DNA of 64,000 nt from an uncultured Nitrososphaeraceae archaeon (GTDB lineage Archaea > Thermoproteota > Nitrososphaeria > Nitrososphaerales > Nitrososphaeraceae). Position numbers and translations under genes: made by a program. The stretch's first letter is position 1. Each line of letters opens with the position of its first letter. Shown one piece after another: positions 43,846 to 55,048 of this stretch. The notes under the pieces were generated by a model. That model made no database searches and was not told where the DNA came from. It saw only the letters and a list, made by a program, of their open reading frames with translations. The stretch is taken from NCBI GenBank assembly GCA_963765895.1, contig CAVXZB010000019.1, positions 64,001 through 128,000 of the forward strand, written 5' to 3'.

Positions 43846-44777
43846 CAAGAATTAAAGTTAATTGGTAAAAGATGTTAAAGATGCAGAATCTAATAGGCTA
43901 GTTTGCCTATCCCAAAATATTTTGTGGTGGCTAGGATAGTGAGAGATTTTGGATATAGATGTGGGGCATAAAAGCATATGAATAGTTAAATCAGCTTTTA
44001 AAAATAGTTATACTTTGCCACTTTCTATTAAGAAAAAATAAAAGTTGTCATGATAAAAACCTGCAATGGTCAACAACGATGCTAATCAATGGACATGATC
44101 CCGGATTGACTTAATTTTACTTGCACGCGACCAAACTAGAGGCTTATGTCGTTCGAGGCCGAACCTCGTTCTAGTGGCGAACTATCAAGCGCATTATTTT
44201 ATATCGATAAATTGAGATCTTACTAGCAGCCTTTCGATTCGATATGAAATGGTCAAGCAAGATGGTATTGCAAAGTACGCATACTACAATACACTTATTC
44301 TAGACCACATGTTCATTTATCTTCCAGAATTCCTTTCGATACCTCTGGTGTAGCCGAGGTCTAGGAATAATTCTAGGAATTCTATTGAACCGAATCATGA
44401 ATTAATTCCCGAGAACAGCAACATAGAAACGATATTGTTTTAAGGAACCAAAGGTATGGGGCCGAAGGGAAATGTTCTAAATAGGTGCTTTACCATATTT
44501 AATTGAACCCCTGATCCACGGGTTTCCTCCATAAGACCAGCCCTAGTCTAAAGATCTGGAGCCCGTTGCGATGCCAGACTTCGCTACGACCCCACGTGGC
44601 ATCGATCTACGATACGAAAGAATATCTGTATAAGTCTTACTCGAGTAGTGGATGCCTTATTCAAGCTTGATAAGTACTATTAAGGCATTTGCCTTACAAG
44701 CAATCGATAAACAATGTGCTAATGATAACCGTGACAAGCTAGAAACAGATAAATAATTTCAAGCTATAACATCGATA

Positions 44778-45645
44778 TTGACTGGAGAAACACAACTGCG
44801 AGCCAGGCGTACAAGGCTGAAAATATTGAGGGCAATTGCAGGAAGCAAGGGTTCTGCGGGTTTCTCGGAAATCAGAGATGCAACTGGTCTCTCGACTGGT
44901 TCTATTTACTATCATCTGGAAAGAATGAGCAAGTACATTATAAAGGACGCTAAACAATATCTTATTACGCAGGATGGTTGGGAGATTCTTAGAGAAATCG
45001 ACGTAAAGTCTCCTGATGTTCGCAAAGATGAATGTTCAGAATCGGATGACCAGCATCCCGAACCTCTTAGAGTGGGTACTAAAAAATCAATTGCACTGAA
45101 CATTTTACGTGGAAACCGCTTCATATTGTTGGCGATAGCTATTGTAGCATCTATTTCAATAGGCATTTATTCGCAGTCTTATGCACTTTTTCCGGGCATA
45201 TCCTACGCAGGAAAGATGATTGCCAATGCCACTATGATCTCTTCGCTTTCGATAGCAGACTCTTCTATCCTTATCATTTTTGATTATGTTGAGGAGACAA
45301 ATGATACCCAAAGGATACAGGGTGTTAATGATATCATCATTAACTGTCGTGTCAGTTATTTTGGTGAATATCTTGATCTTTACTGGTCTGGGCACGCAAA
45401 TAGTAATAAATCCTAGTATATCCTACGCAGGAAAGATGATTGCCAATGCCACTATGATCTCTTCGCTTTCGATAGCAACTCTTCTATCCTTATCATTTTT
45501 GATTATGTTGAGGAGACAAATGATACCCAAAGGATACAGGGTGTTAATGATATCATCATTAACTGTCGTGTCAGTTATTTTGGTGAATATCTTGATCTTT
45601 ACTGGTCTGGGCACTCAGATTGGAAGTGGACAATTAACTTACTAG
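44778..45645 (+). CDS. Winged-helix (ArsR/DUF-like) protein with multi-TM C-terminus, frameshift near 45258
   Basis: RLKILRAI..GFSEIRDATGLSTGSIYYHL; duplicated TM hairpin. Confidence 0.75.
45198..45614 (+). repeat. Direct repeat of ~197 bp (45198-45395 and 45418-45614)
   Basis: Both copies start atatcctacgcaggaaagatg and end ctgggcac; copy 1 has one extra G. Confidence 0.93.
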
Positions 45646-45974
45646 TAAACACTTACCGATATCTGATAGAGTTTTACAATAATAATTAGACAAAAGATAG
45701 ATTTGTCGTCATAGCGGGACATCCTGTTAAGCCATTTGTGAGTGGCAAGGGAGCATTTAAGACATGCAAGACTATTGAGTGAAGCCAAGTGTGTAATTAG
45801 TATTTAGCAAGATTATGAGGGCATTCACATACCAATCAATTTCTGCCGTACCTTATGTGCTCAGTCGACATCTATTTCTGGTCAATTTTATGCCAGAAGT
45901 TCAGTAACGAACTCATCTGAGATAACTTTATACCTACGTCGTAAATAATATCAATAGCTTGTATTCAGTAAAAA

Positions 45975-46319
45975 ATGAATGACCTGTTATGCATTCTACA
46001 AACTGAACTTGGACTATCTAAAAATGAATCAGGGCTATTCTTGTACTTGGTAAAAGGCGGGCGCAGGACGATAGATCAAATTAGTGCAGATCTTAACTAT
46101 ACTAGTCATGATGCCAGTGTGACTGCGCAGGCGCTAGTAAATTTGGGAATGATAGTACATATATCTGAACTCGCATACATGCCTTTACATCCTAGATTTG
46201 CAATTGTCAATAGATACAGAGAAAAATGCCGAGAAGATAATGTGCCGTTTCGCAGAAATGTATTGATTGATAACTTAGGGGTTATATTGGAGAAATACTT
46301 CGATCATATCAATGTCTAA
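45975..46319 (+). CDS. TrmB-like winged-helix protein
   Basis: LGLSKNE..LFLYLV..G and LHPRFA. Confidence 0.7.
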   Translation: MNDLLCILQTELGLSKNESGLFLYLVKGGRRTIDQISADLNYTSHDASVTAQALVNLGMIVHISELAYMPLHPRFAIVNRYREKCREDNVPFRRNVLIDNLGVILEKYFDHINV

Positions 46320-46326
46320 ATAGGTT

Positions 46327-46773
46327 ATGATTACTTCAAGTACTACGAAATTGTCTGATTCTAAACAATTGAGTTCAGATAAGGTAGTGTACCTTGGTGT
46401 CATAAATCTTCTTGAGAACGATAGACTTATTGGCGCTGTTGACGTTTGGCGAAGTGTTATTAGTAAAGAGCTATTCTGTGAAGAAAAACGACTGGGAATA
46501 CTCGACATTGGCGATAAGATAGGAATGCCTAAGATTCCTACAGATAGAAAATGGGCGGTTGCGGTTAGTAACGTTAGAACGGGAAAAGACAAGTGGAACC
46601 TAGTATCTCTCATAAAGTCGGGTGAGGCTACGTTCACGGACCAGCTCGACGAGAAAATTATTACAGTCAAAGTTGAAGACTATACAATTCTAGACAAAGA
46701 ATGGTGGAGCTTCCTCATAGAAAAGAATGTTAATAGAAACATAGACATTACTAAAGAGGGCAATGCAAAATGA
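46327..46773 (+). CDS. Hypothetical protein
   Basis: 148-aa ORF in an operon. Confidence 0.7.
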   Translation: MITSSTTKLSDSKQLSSDKVVYLGVINLLENDRLIGAVDVWRSVISKELFCEEKRLGILDIGDKIGMPKIPTDRKWAVAVSNVRTGKDKWNLVSLIKSGEATFTDQLDEKIITVKVEDYTILDKEWWSFLIEKNVNRNIDITKEGNAK

Positions 46774-47084
46774 CAATATCTCCAGACCTCGGTGAAAACG
46801 TGCCTATAACCGTAGTTGTAAAATCAGCAAGAGGAGGAAACGTAGCTAGCAAATTAAATGGCGTCTTTTTACTTAGAGGTAAAGAATTCAGATTCAAGGC
46901 TCTTGCCTTCGGCAGAATTGGAGGCCACAATATTAGTCTTACCATTCCGAAGATCGCATTAAATGAGATAATAAAAATGGGACTGGATCCAGATATTATT
47001 TATTTAAAAATACAAAGAAAATTGATAGAAGGCGAAGTAGATCTTGAAGCTAAACCAACTGGCGCGGGAAGGGCAAGTTTATAA
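46770..47084 (+). CDS. Hypothetical protein
   Basis: 104-aa ORF with ATGA overlap; AFGRIGGHN. Confidence 0.7.
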   Translation: MTISPDLGENVPITVVVKSARGGNVASKLNGVFLLRGKEFRFKALAFGRIGGHNISLTIPKIALNEIIKMGLDPDIIYLKIQRKLIEGEVDLEAKPTGAGRASL

Positions 47085-47891
47085 GATCGAATTTTCAAGC
47101 GAATTGTTACAAGTGCATTTGTCTCTTCCATCCGGTATTTGAGATATAATTTGTGCGATGATCTTTTTTGTTTTCGAAACATTATCTTCTAGTATTTTGA
47201 TAATATCCTTCGAATTTACTGGCTTCTCTGTCCAAACGTCATAATCTGTAACAGTGGATAAAGAAACATAGCATATTTCTGCCTCCCTTGCCAATATGCA
47301 TTCAGGAATTAAAGTCATCCCAATAATTTCTGCATTCATCACTTCCCTGTAGTATTTCGACTCGGCCATAGTAGAAAACCTTGGACCTTCTATGCATATG
47401 TAGGTCCCGCCACCATGACTATCAAAAGACAATTCTTTCAAGCTGCTTGAAGCAATTTCGCTCAGTTCTGGACAGAACGGCCGTGCAACAGAAATATGAC
47501 ATACTTTTCCACCATCATAAAATGTACAAGCTCTTTGCTTAGTTAGATCTATGAATTGATCAGGTATAACAAAATCGCCTGGCTTATATCGAGTATTTAG
47601 ACTCCCTACTGCCGAAGGAGCAAGAATCCTGGTCACGCCCAAACTCTTCAACGCCCATATATTGGCACGATAGTTGATTCTATGTGGAGGTATTCTATGT
47701 CCCTTTCCATGTCTAGGAATGAAAGCAATGGATTTGTTAGAATGCCTTCCGATGCACACATTGTCCGAAGTCTCCCCGTATGGAGTATGGACCTTTATCT
47801 CAGTTAGATCATTGAACATTTCAGCACTATAAATCCCTGTCCCACCAAGTATGCCTATTTCGGCTGAAATTGAGCTCAAAAGGCTAATCAT
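47079..47891 (-). CDS. mtnP: S-methyl-5'-thioadenosine phosphorylase
   Basis: GILGGTG, PRHG..H..PPH.INYRAN, EGPRFST and TDYD motifs. Confidence 0.95.
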   Translation of the reverse strand: MISLLSSISAEIGILGGTGIYSAEMFNDLTEIKVHTPYGETSDNVCIGRHSNKSIAFIPRHGKGHRIPPHRINYRANIWALKSLGVTRILAPSAVGSLNTRYKPGDFVIPDQFIDLTKQRACTFYDGGKVCHISVARPFCPELSEIASSSLKELSFDSHGGGTYICIEGPRFSTMAESKYYREVMNAEIIGMTLIPECILAREAEICYVSLSTVTDYDVWTEKPVNSKDIIKILEDNVSKTKKIIAQIISQIPDGRDKCTCNNSLENSIL

Positions 47892-48420
47892 ACACCACCA
47901 ATGATGCTACATCATATCCTAAATCCCTCAAAGTCCTGCCGCCTTGCAATTGATCAAGTTCAATAACGAAGGCAAAACCAACTATCCGACTTCCTACTTG
48001 TTCTACAATTTTTGCTGAGGCCATAGCTGTTCCACCGGTAGCAATCAAATCATCTGCGATCAGCACATCAAGACCTTTACCGAGTGCACTAATTTGCATC
48101 TCCATTATATCATTTCCATACTCAACTTTGTATGATTTCTTTATAGTCTCTCCAGGAAGTTTTCCAGCCTTGCGGATAAGAGCCAATCCAGTTCCGAACT
48201 TTAGCGCTATAGCGGTAGCTATGATAAAACCTCTAGATTCGATGCCGACAACTAAATCAATCTTTCGTCCCTTAAGCCTATTCTTAAATTGATCGGCTAT
48301 AAACTCAAGTGCCTTCGGGTTAAGTAGAACTGGATTAATATCCCTGAACAAGATGCCCTTTTTTGGAAAATTAGGATATTCTTGGATCAATTTGCGCAGG
48401 TCTACTTCTTCAGTTACCAT
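47884..48420 (-). CDS. apt: Adenine phosphoribosyltransferase
   Basis: FPKKGILFRDI, ESRGF, RKAGKLP and ADDLIATGGT motifs. Confidence 0.95.
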   Translation of the reverse strand: MVTEEVDLRKLIQEYPNFPKKGILFRDINPVLLNPKALEFIADQFKNRLKGRKIDLVVGIESRGFIIATAIALKFGTGLALIRKAGKLPGETIKKSYKVEYGNDIMEMQISALGKGLDVLIADDLIATGGTAMASAKIVEQVGSRIVGFAFVIELDQLQGGRTLRDLGYDVASLVVYD

Positions 48421-48709
48421 AAAAACCTGTGCAAATGGTAAACATAAAAAATGTTTTGCTTAGTCTAATGGAAATTTTGCTGAGTTGGTAAAGAAATAAC
48501 CAAGCTGCTGCAAAGGTCGACCTTCTGACAAGTATAAATCGCATGGTTGGGATGGACTACATAATAGACCCAAAGGGTACCGGTGAACGGGTCATGCTAA
48601 GCTCGGCGTATCATCGCAAATTGAAATTTTTATTTACTAAACGGAACATTTTAGTCCCGCGGTCTGTCCAAAAAGATATAAATATTATCTTAAGCATAAA
48701 GTCTTTATT

Positions 48710-50215
48710 ATGCCTATTAAAAACGGGGCAGATTACATCCGTAGCCTACGTGGAAGAAATTTGAGGGTCTATTTGTTTGGCGAACTCGTTAGAGAACCAG
48801 TTGATCACCCGATGATTCGCCCATCGATAAATGCTGTAGCTGAAACGTATGACTTGGCGGAAAAGTACCCAGATTTGGGGTCTACTCATTCTTCGCTGTC
48901 TGGTCTCAAAGTAAATCGGTTCCTTCACATTACGGAAAGAGAAAGCGATCTAGTAAATCAGAATAAAATGCAACGAAAGTTGGGACAATTAACCGGGACT
49001 TGTTTTCAGCGATGTGTGGGTATGGATGCATTGAACTCGTTATATTCTACGACTTATGAAATTGATTCAAAATATAACACTGATTATCAGAAGAGATTGA
49101 TTGAATTTATTAAAATGATTCAGAAGGAGAATCTAATGATTGGTGGGGCAATGACAGATGTGAAGGGAGATCGTAGTCTTGCGCCATCTCAACAAGAAGA
49201 TCCTGACATGTTTGTCCATATCGTAAAGGAAGATGAAAAAGGCGTTTATGTTAGCGGCGCTAAGGCTCATCAAACGGGCTGCATTAATTCGCATTGGATC
49301 ATTGTTATGCCAACCATGCGATTGAGACCAGAGGATAAGGATTACGCAATAGTTGGTGCTGTACCGGCTAATGCAGAAGGTATTACCTACATTTATGGAA
49401 GGCAGTCATGTGACACACGAAGCATGGAAGATGGAACTCTAGATGCGGGCAATTCGAAATTTTCCGGCCAGGAAGCTATGATCATTTTTGATAACGTATT
49501 CATTCCAAATGAATTGATCTTTATGCGAGGCGAAGTAGAATTTGCATCCATGCTAGTAGAACGGTTCACCTGCTATCATAGGAGGAGCTACGTCTGCAAG
49601 ACTGGACTGGGGGATGTTTTAATTGGTGCAGCTGCAGCCACGGCTGATTATAATGGAGTTGCGAATGCCTCCCATATAAAAGACAAGCTCGTCGAAATGA
49701 CTCATTTGAACGAGACTATTTACGCAGCTGGTATTGCATCATCGTATCAATCCCATAAGACTGCATCTGGAAATTATCAAAATGATGACATGCTAGCGAA
49801 TGTTTGCAAGCATAACGTCACGCGATTTCCTTATGAACTAGGTAGGCTAGCCCAAGATATTGCCGGAGGCCTAATGGTAACTATGCCATCGGAAAAAGAC
49901 TTTAGGAGTCCTATTACTGGTCCTCTACTTGAGAAATATCTAAAGGGTAAAAAGGGTGTCTCTACTGAAAATAGAGTAAGAATATTACGACTAATAGAAA
50001 ATATGACAATGGGCCGCAATGCTGTCGGTTACCTTACTGAATCGATGCACGGTGCTGGTTCGCCTCAAGCGCAAAGAATACAAATTGCACGCCAGATGCA
50101 ACTGGGATATAAGAAGAAGTTGGCCAAAAACCTTGCAAACATTTCTGAAGGTGAGGCAATGGATCTAACCAAGGAACAGTCTGACTATTTTGACAAAATA
50201 TTTGTGCCCAATTGA
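48710..50215 (+). CDS. abfD: 4-hydroxybutyryl-CoA dehydratase (3HP/4HB carbon fixation cycle)
   Basis: CFQRCVGMDA, AMTDVKGDRS, YHRRSYVCK and ESMHGAGSPQAQR motifs. Confidence 0.95.
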   Translation: MPIKNGADYIRSLRGRNLRVYLFGELVREPVDHPMIRPSINAVAETYDLAEKYPDLGSTHSSLSGLKVNRFLHITERESDLVNQNKMQRKLGQLTGTCFQRCVGMDALNSLYSTTYEIDSKYNTDYQKRLIEFIKMIQKENLMIGGAMTDVKGDRSLAPSQQEDPDMFVHIVKEDEKGVYVSGAKAHQTGCINSHWIIVMPTMRLRPEDKDYAIVGAVPANAEGITYIYGRQSCDTRSMEDGTLDAGNSKFSGQEAMIIFDNVFIPNELIFMRGEVEFASMLVERFTCYHRRSYVCKTGLGDVLIGAAAATADYNGVANASHIKDKLVEMTHLNETIYAAGIASSYQSHKTASGNYQNDDMLANVCKHNVTRFPYELGRLAQDIAGGLMVTMPSEKDFRSPITGPLLEKYLKGKKGVSTENRVRILRLIENMTMGRNAVGYLTESMHGAGSPQAQRIQIARQMQLGYKKKLAKNLANISEGEAMDLTKEQSDYFDKIFVPN

Positions 50216-50273
50216 GATGGTTTGAACTTCGCGTACCTCTTCCGTGTAATGTCGCATTCGGAAATCAAGGGTA

Positions 50274-50906
50274 ATGAAACTAAGCGAAGCAAGAAAGGAT
50301 TATTACCGCAAACGCGCCAAGAATGATGGCTTTAGAAGTAGATCTGCGTACAAGCTCCTACAATTAAACAAATCCTATCATTTTCTAAGAAAGGGGAGTC
50401 GGGTCATAGATATTGGGTCCTATCCTGGCGGCTGGCTACAAGTCGCTAAAGTTGAAGTAGGAGAACATGGCCTAGTTATAGGTACAGATCTAAAGCGGGT
50501 AGATTATCTAGAAGATGTGGTGTTATTGAATTACTCGGTAGAAGATCCTGAATTACAAGAGTACCTGATTCGACATGTAGGACGTGTCGATGTGATATTG
50601 TCAGACCTTTCTCCGAATATAAGTGGTATTTGGGAAATTGATCATATTACACAAATCAATCTCAGTCGTGTTGCCTTTGGCCTTGCGACCAACGTCTTAG
50701 TAGATGGTGGAGCAGGAATATTCAAAGTCTTTGATGGCGATACACTAGGAACTTTTGTTAAGGAATTATCTAGTCGATTTAAACGAGTGAAAATAAGTAA
50801 ACCAGATGCAAGCAGACAGTCCAGCAGTGAAAGCTATCTTGTTTGTTCCGGCTTTCAGGGACTGAAATTGGTACCTGATACTGACAATGGATCAACTCAC
50901 AGATAA
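50274..50906 (+). CDS. rlmE: 23S rRNA 2'-O-methyltransferase (FtsJ/RlmE)
   Basis: RSRSAYKL, DIGSYPGGW, SDLSP and KP.ASR..SSE motifs. Confidence 0.93.
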   Translation: MKLSEARKDYYRKRAKNDGFRSRSAYKLLQLNKSYHFLRKGSRVIDIGSYPGGWLQVAKVEVGEHGLVIGTDLKRVDYLEDVVLLNYSVEDPELQEYLIRHVGRVDVILSDLSPNISGIWEIDHITQINLSRVAFGLATNVLVDGGAGIFKVFDGDTLGTFVKELSSRFKRVKISKPDASRQSSSESYLVCSGFQGLKLVPDTDNGSTHR

Positions 50907-51000
50907 TGGGGCCCTTAGTAACAAATGGACTTGATGCAATCGAGCCGCACATTAGAATCGCTCCTAGATGTAAACCATACCATGAATGAACGCTATTACA

Positions 51001-51852
51001 TCAATCCCCCTCGTTATACAATAGCTTTAATTCTTCGAAACTAAGTTTTGATCCAGATTCCAACTTTCTTTTTGCCTCTTCTTTAACTTTCAATATGGCG
51101 CTATCAGATATGTACTGACCGTGTGTTTGAACGCGCTGCCTTCTAACCTTTGAGATTTTGTCCATCTGCAAATTTACCAACTCAAGTTTTTGAAGAGCAG
51201 TATTGTAACTATTTAATAGATTGCTTCGTTCATCCGACAATTTACGCCTATCAACGTATAACGCATCTAGAGCGATTCTAATGCTATTAATATGATTGTT
51301 CAGCTTCATATCTTCCATATCCAGTTGTTTGATGTTCTCTTTAAAAGCGTCCGCTTGTTGGTTGAGCTGATTAAGTCCTTGTTTTATCGTGTTTACGGCC
51401 TTGATGGCCTCCATTTCCATAGATCTATCTCTTATCTCCTGAGAAATTCTATTTTTCTCGTTCTCAGTTGCGTATTGCTTATCTTCAAGACTTTTCGTCA
51501 GAACATTTATAGTGTGAATTAGATCATGTTCGGTCTCATTAGTAACTCTTGATTCCATTGTACTCAAGAAATCTTTTGATTGTGAAATTTTTTGACTAAC
51601 TGCTAAAAAATCAGAATTTTTAGACTTGATCGAGCTTCGAATCTCTTTAGACCTTCCCAATAGCGATTTGAGATTGTCCGTATTAGATTGAATCTTATTA
51701 TTCACGGATTGTATCTTTGATGTTTCGATTTCGATGATATCGTTGGTTAACTGTTTTAAATAGGAAGAGAAGCTCCGCTTCAAATTTAATAGTTCATTCC
51801 AATCCAATGATTCTATATCTTTTTCAGCAAAATTTTGATCAGCTGAACGCAA
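51001..51852 (-). CDS. Coiled-coil protein
   Basis: Heptad-rich; C-terminal KLESGSKLSFEELK. Confidence 0.8.
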   Translation of the reverse strand: MRSADQNFAEKDIESLDWNELLNLKRSFSSYLKQLTNDIIEIETSKIQSVNNKIQSNTDNLKSLLGRSKEIRSSIKSKNSDFLAVSQKISQSKDFLSTMESRVTNETEHDLIHTINVLTKSLEDKQYATENEKNRISQEIRDRSMEMEAIKAVNTIKQGLNQLNQQADAFKENIKQLDMEDMKLNNHINSIRIALDALYVDRRKLSDERSNLLNSYNTALQKLELVNLQMDKISKVRRQRVQTHGQYISDSAILKVKEEAKRKLESGSKLSFEELKLLYNEGD

Positions 51853-52089
51853 TCTCCAGTATATACCCTCAGGTCTTTAGACGCAGCTATATAATAAAAG
51901 TATAATGTAAAATCCGTCCCACAGTACTTCGTTACATTATAATTAGCCGTATTAAACTACATATCTTATACTTTTAATGAGAAAGTATCGATCTGAAATC
52001 ATCCTATACTGGGTGGGATGTCCTAGAGTCTAGAAGATGAAAGGCAGTGGATATTCAAATCTCCAGTATTTGATATGGACAATTACAAT

Positions 52090-53177
52090 TTATGGAGATG
52101 CTATCTCTAGGTTCTCTTCAATCTCCTCTAGTCTACTTTTTCGTCCGCAGCGTTGAATCAATTGATACAGCTTCTTTTTTGCTCTACCTTCTTTTATGGA
52201 TTTCCGAGCAATGTCTATCCCTTCATTTAAATCATGAGCCTTATCTGCAACAACTAAAGCAGCAGCGGCGTTTAATTCAACTATCCCAAGGAGATCCCTT
52301 TCAGCTTCACCATAGATGCACTTTAAGGTTACTCTAATAGATTCTTCTTTTGTCTTCATCGCTAACGTTTCTAGCCTTGCCGTATCTAGATTTACGTCTT
52401 TAGGAACTAAATGGATTCTTTTAATGGAGTTACCATCCTTAAATGAAATATCATTTGGGCATGTATTTGATAACTCATCTATGCCGTCGTGGGCATGTAC
52501 CACCATTATGTTTCTGATACCAAGATTTAGACTAGCTTCTGAGATTCTCTCGAAGAGTGAAGCATCTGTGACCCCAATGACCTGTCCCGAAAGATTGGTG
52601 CATGGATTACTGAGTGGACCAACAATGTTGAAAAAAGTTCTTGCACCAATTAATTTGCGAGCAGCCGCAGCTGCTGCCATAGCAGGATGAAATCTTGGGG
52701 CATAAACGAAGCCTAATCCTATTTGCTCTACGGAGGACAGTACAGTCGTAACGCAGGTGTTAAGGTCATAACCCACATATTCCAAAAAATCTGCGCTGCC
52801 ACATAACCCCGACATAGACTTATTTCCATGTTTTGCCACGCAAGCACCGCTGCCTGCTGCCTACTCAGGGCTGCTCGGGTACTAATATTAGGCGTATTGA
52901 TTGAATCTCCCCCGGTTCCGCATATATCAACGATCGATGAATTTAGATTTGGCGTAAGACGGATTGAGCGCCCCTTGATAGACCTAATTAGGTATCTGAG
53001 CTCATTGGCGGTTTCCTTTTTCATAGTAAGTGCAACCAAAAAGGCCACAATTGATCCCTGTGATACCCGTTCTGTGGAAATTAAATCGATAGATGTTTCA
53101 ATTTCTCCTTCCGTCAATTCTTTTCTCGAAATTAGTTTTCTAATGAGAGGTTGGAATTCAGTATCACCGTTTGTCAT
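52090..53177 (-). CDS. trpD: Anthranilate phosphoribosyltransferase, frameshifted near 52840-52880
   Basis: DICGTGGD, NIST, AKHGN, GSADFLE and DGIDE motifs. Confidence 0.93.
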
Positions 53178-53765
53178 CTTTTAATCATCGAAAGAAAGTT
53201 TAGTACTATTTTTGGGCCTTCAGAAGTCAAAACAGATTCTGGATGGAATTGAAGTCCTTCTATTAGGTATTTCTTGTGCCTTAGTGCCATTATCTCTCTA
53301 TCGTCTTCTGCTACAGCGGTTATTTCTAGGCAATCTGGTAACCGAGTAGAGTCTGCTACCAATGAATTGTACCGCGTAGCGGCGAAGGGATTTTTTACAT
53401 CTTCAAATAGCCTACTCGAGTTGTTGTGTCGTATCATGCTCGTTTTACCATGGGTGACAAATTTCGCATTGATGACCCTACCTCCGAAAGCACTGGCTAT
53501 ACCTTGATGCCCAAGACAAACCCCCAGTACCTGGCATTTTTGGACCAAGGTCTTTTATGACTCTGTCACATACTCCAAAATATTTTGGATCTTCTGGATT
53601 TCCTGGACCAGGAGAGAGAATTACTGCGTCTGGTTGTATTTTCTTAATCCCTCGGATTGTAATGACATCGTTTCTTCTCACTACGGGTTCCACATTATGC
53701 TGTCCTAGAATCTGGACGATATTGTATACGAAGGAATCATAATTATCAATAACAAGAATCTTCAT
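53174..53765 (-). CDS. trpG: Anthranilate synthase component II / PabA-like amidotransferase, frameshift near 53540
   Basis: IDNYDSF, SPGPG, GVCLGHQ and QFHPES motifs. Confidence 0.92.
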
Positions 53766-53880
53766 CGAACTACAGCCCATACAAGAAATACAATATGAGG
53801 CATTTTATCTGAACCAGTTAGGATGACACCTCGGCATAATTATCTCCATATTGTCTCATACACACAATTTGTATATATGG

Positions 53881-53906
53881 ATAGATATCTATAATAGATA
53901 ATCTAT
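53881..53906. promoter_or_regulatory. Tandem palindromes, candidate regulator sites between divergent trpG and gap
   Basis: ATAGATATCTAT (53881-53892) and ATAGATAATCTAT (53894-53906). Confidence 0.35.
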
Positions 53907-54004
53907 AGTTTGCCAACTAGTTTGATTAATAGACTATTAGAATAAGTCCGAGAAAAATGTATATAATATCCTCAAGTTGACTTAAATTACTAAGCGACAT
54001 TAAT

Positions 54005-55048
54005 TTGGTGAAGTTATTTATTAACGGATACGGAAATATCGGTAGGCGTCTGGCAACCGCGGTTTTGAAGGATAGTGAGATGGAGCTGATTGGGGTTGCA
54101 AAATACACTCCAGACGACAGGATCCATGAAGCTCTAGATAATAATCTAGACGTATATGTTCCCCAGAATAAGCTTGATCTGTTCCAAAAGAAGGGATATG
54201 AAATTGCCGGGACCATTTTTGAGGCGTGTAAACAGAGTGATCTTATCCTAGATGCATCAAAGGAAGGTGGCGGCTTTGAAAATAAGCGCAAATTTTATCG
54301 GCCACTAAAAAAACCTGCGATTTTTCAGGGGGGAGAGGATAGACATGGTAAGTATAGCGTGGCAGATATGATCCATAACTCTAGAGTAAATTATGATAGG
54401 GCGTCCGCAAGAAAGTACGTAATCCAAGGTAGCTGCAACGTTTCAGGCATGGGAAGACTCATGCAACCATTAATTGAAAACTATGGAAAACGAATAAAAA
54501 GATTTGATGTAACTTTAATTAGAAGATGGGCCGACCTGGAGGATTCAAAAGAGGTCAAAGACTCTATAGAATGGGATAGAAACCCTCATCATCAAGAAGA
54601 TGTCAAGGATTTTATCCCTGCCGCGAACCTATTTGTTGATGCACTGAAAGTACCATCTAGAATGATGCACGTTCATCAAATGATAGTACGATTTAACGGC
54701 AAAGCCCCGTCTAGGGATAGTCTGATTGAAATTTTTAGAAATGAGTTTGGCGTTGCATTATTTGGTTCTGCTAAGGGCACAGCAGACGTCAGAAATATGG
54801 CTCTTCGATTGGGGTTTCCACACGGTGATACTCAAATGGTACATATTCATCAGGAGGTGCTTAAAGTTCAAGATGATGTCGCTAAAATCGTCTATTCGGA
54901 TGATCAAACCGGGATGGTAATTCCTGAAAATTATCTGCTGATTCAGTCAATGTTTTTTAAAAGGGATAGGACTGAAGCAATCAAAAGGGCAGATAAATTG
55001 TTCCAGATGACGCATAAAAAGAAAAAACTCGAAAATGAGTTCAAGTAG
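54005..55048 (+). CDS. gap: Archaeal type II glyceraldehyde-3-phosphate dehydrogenase
   Basis: INGYGNIGRR, FQGGE, SCN and VIPEN motifs. Confidence 0.92.
   Translation: MVKLFINGYGNIGRRLATAVLKDSEMELIGVAKYTPDDRIHEALDNNLDVYVPQNKLDLFQKKGYEIAGTIFEACKQSDLILDASKEGGGFENKRKFYRPLKKPAIFQGGEDRHGKYSVADMIHNSRVNYDRASARKYVIQGSCNVSGMGRLMQPLIENYGKRIKRFDVTLIRRWADLEDSKEVKDSIEWDRNPHHQEDVKDFIPAANLFVDALKVPSRMMHVHQMIVRFNGKAPSRDSLIEIFRNEFGVALFGSAKGTADVRNMALRLGFPHGDTQMVHIHQEVLKVQDDVAKIVYSDDQTGMVIPENYLLIQSMFFKRDRTEAIKRADKLFQMTHKKKKLENEFK

Noticed and set aside
44100-44620. Short inverted repeats (CGAGG/CCTCG, CGATGCCA/TGGCATCG) as an ncRNA or riboswitch
   Set aside because: No recognisable conserved motif; compatible with chance or decayed coding sequence
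48440-48620. SRP RNA
   Set aside because: GAACGGGTCA resembles the start of helix 8, but the GGAA loop and AGCAG partner strand are missing
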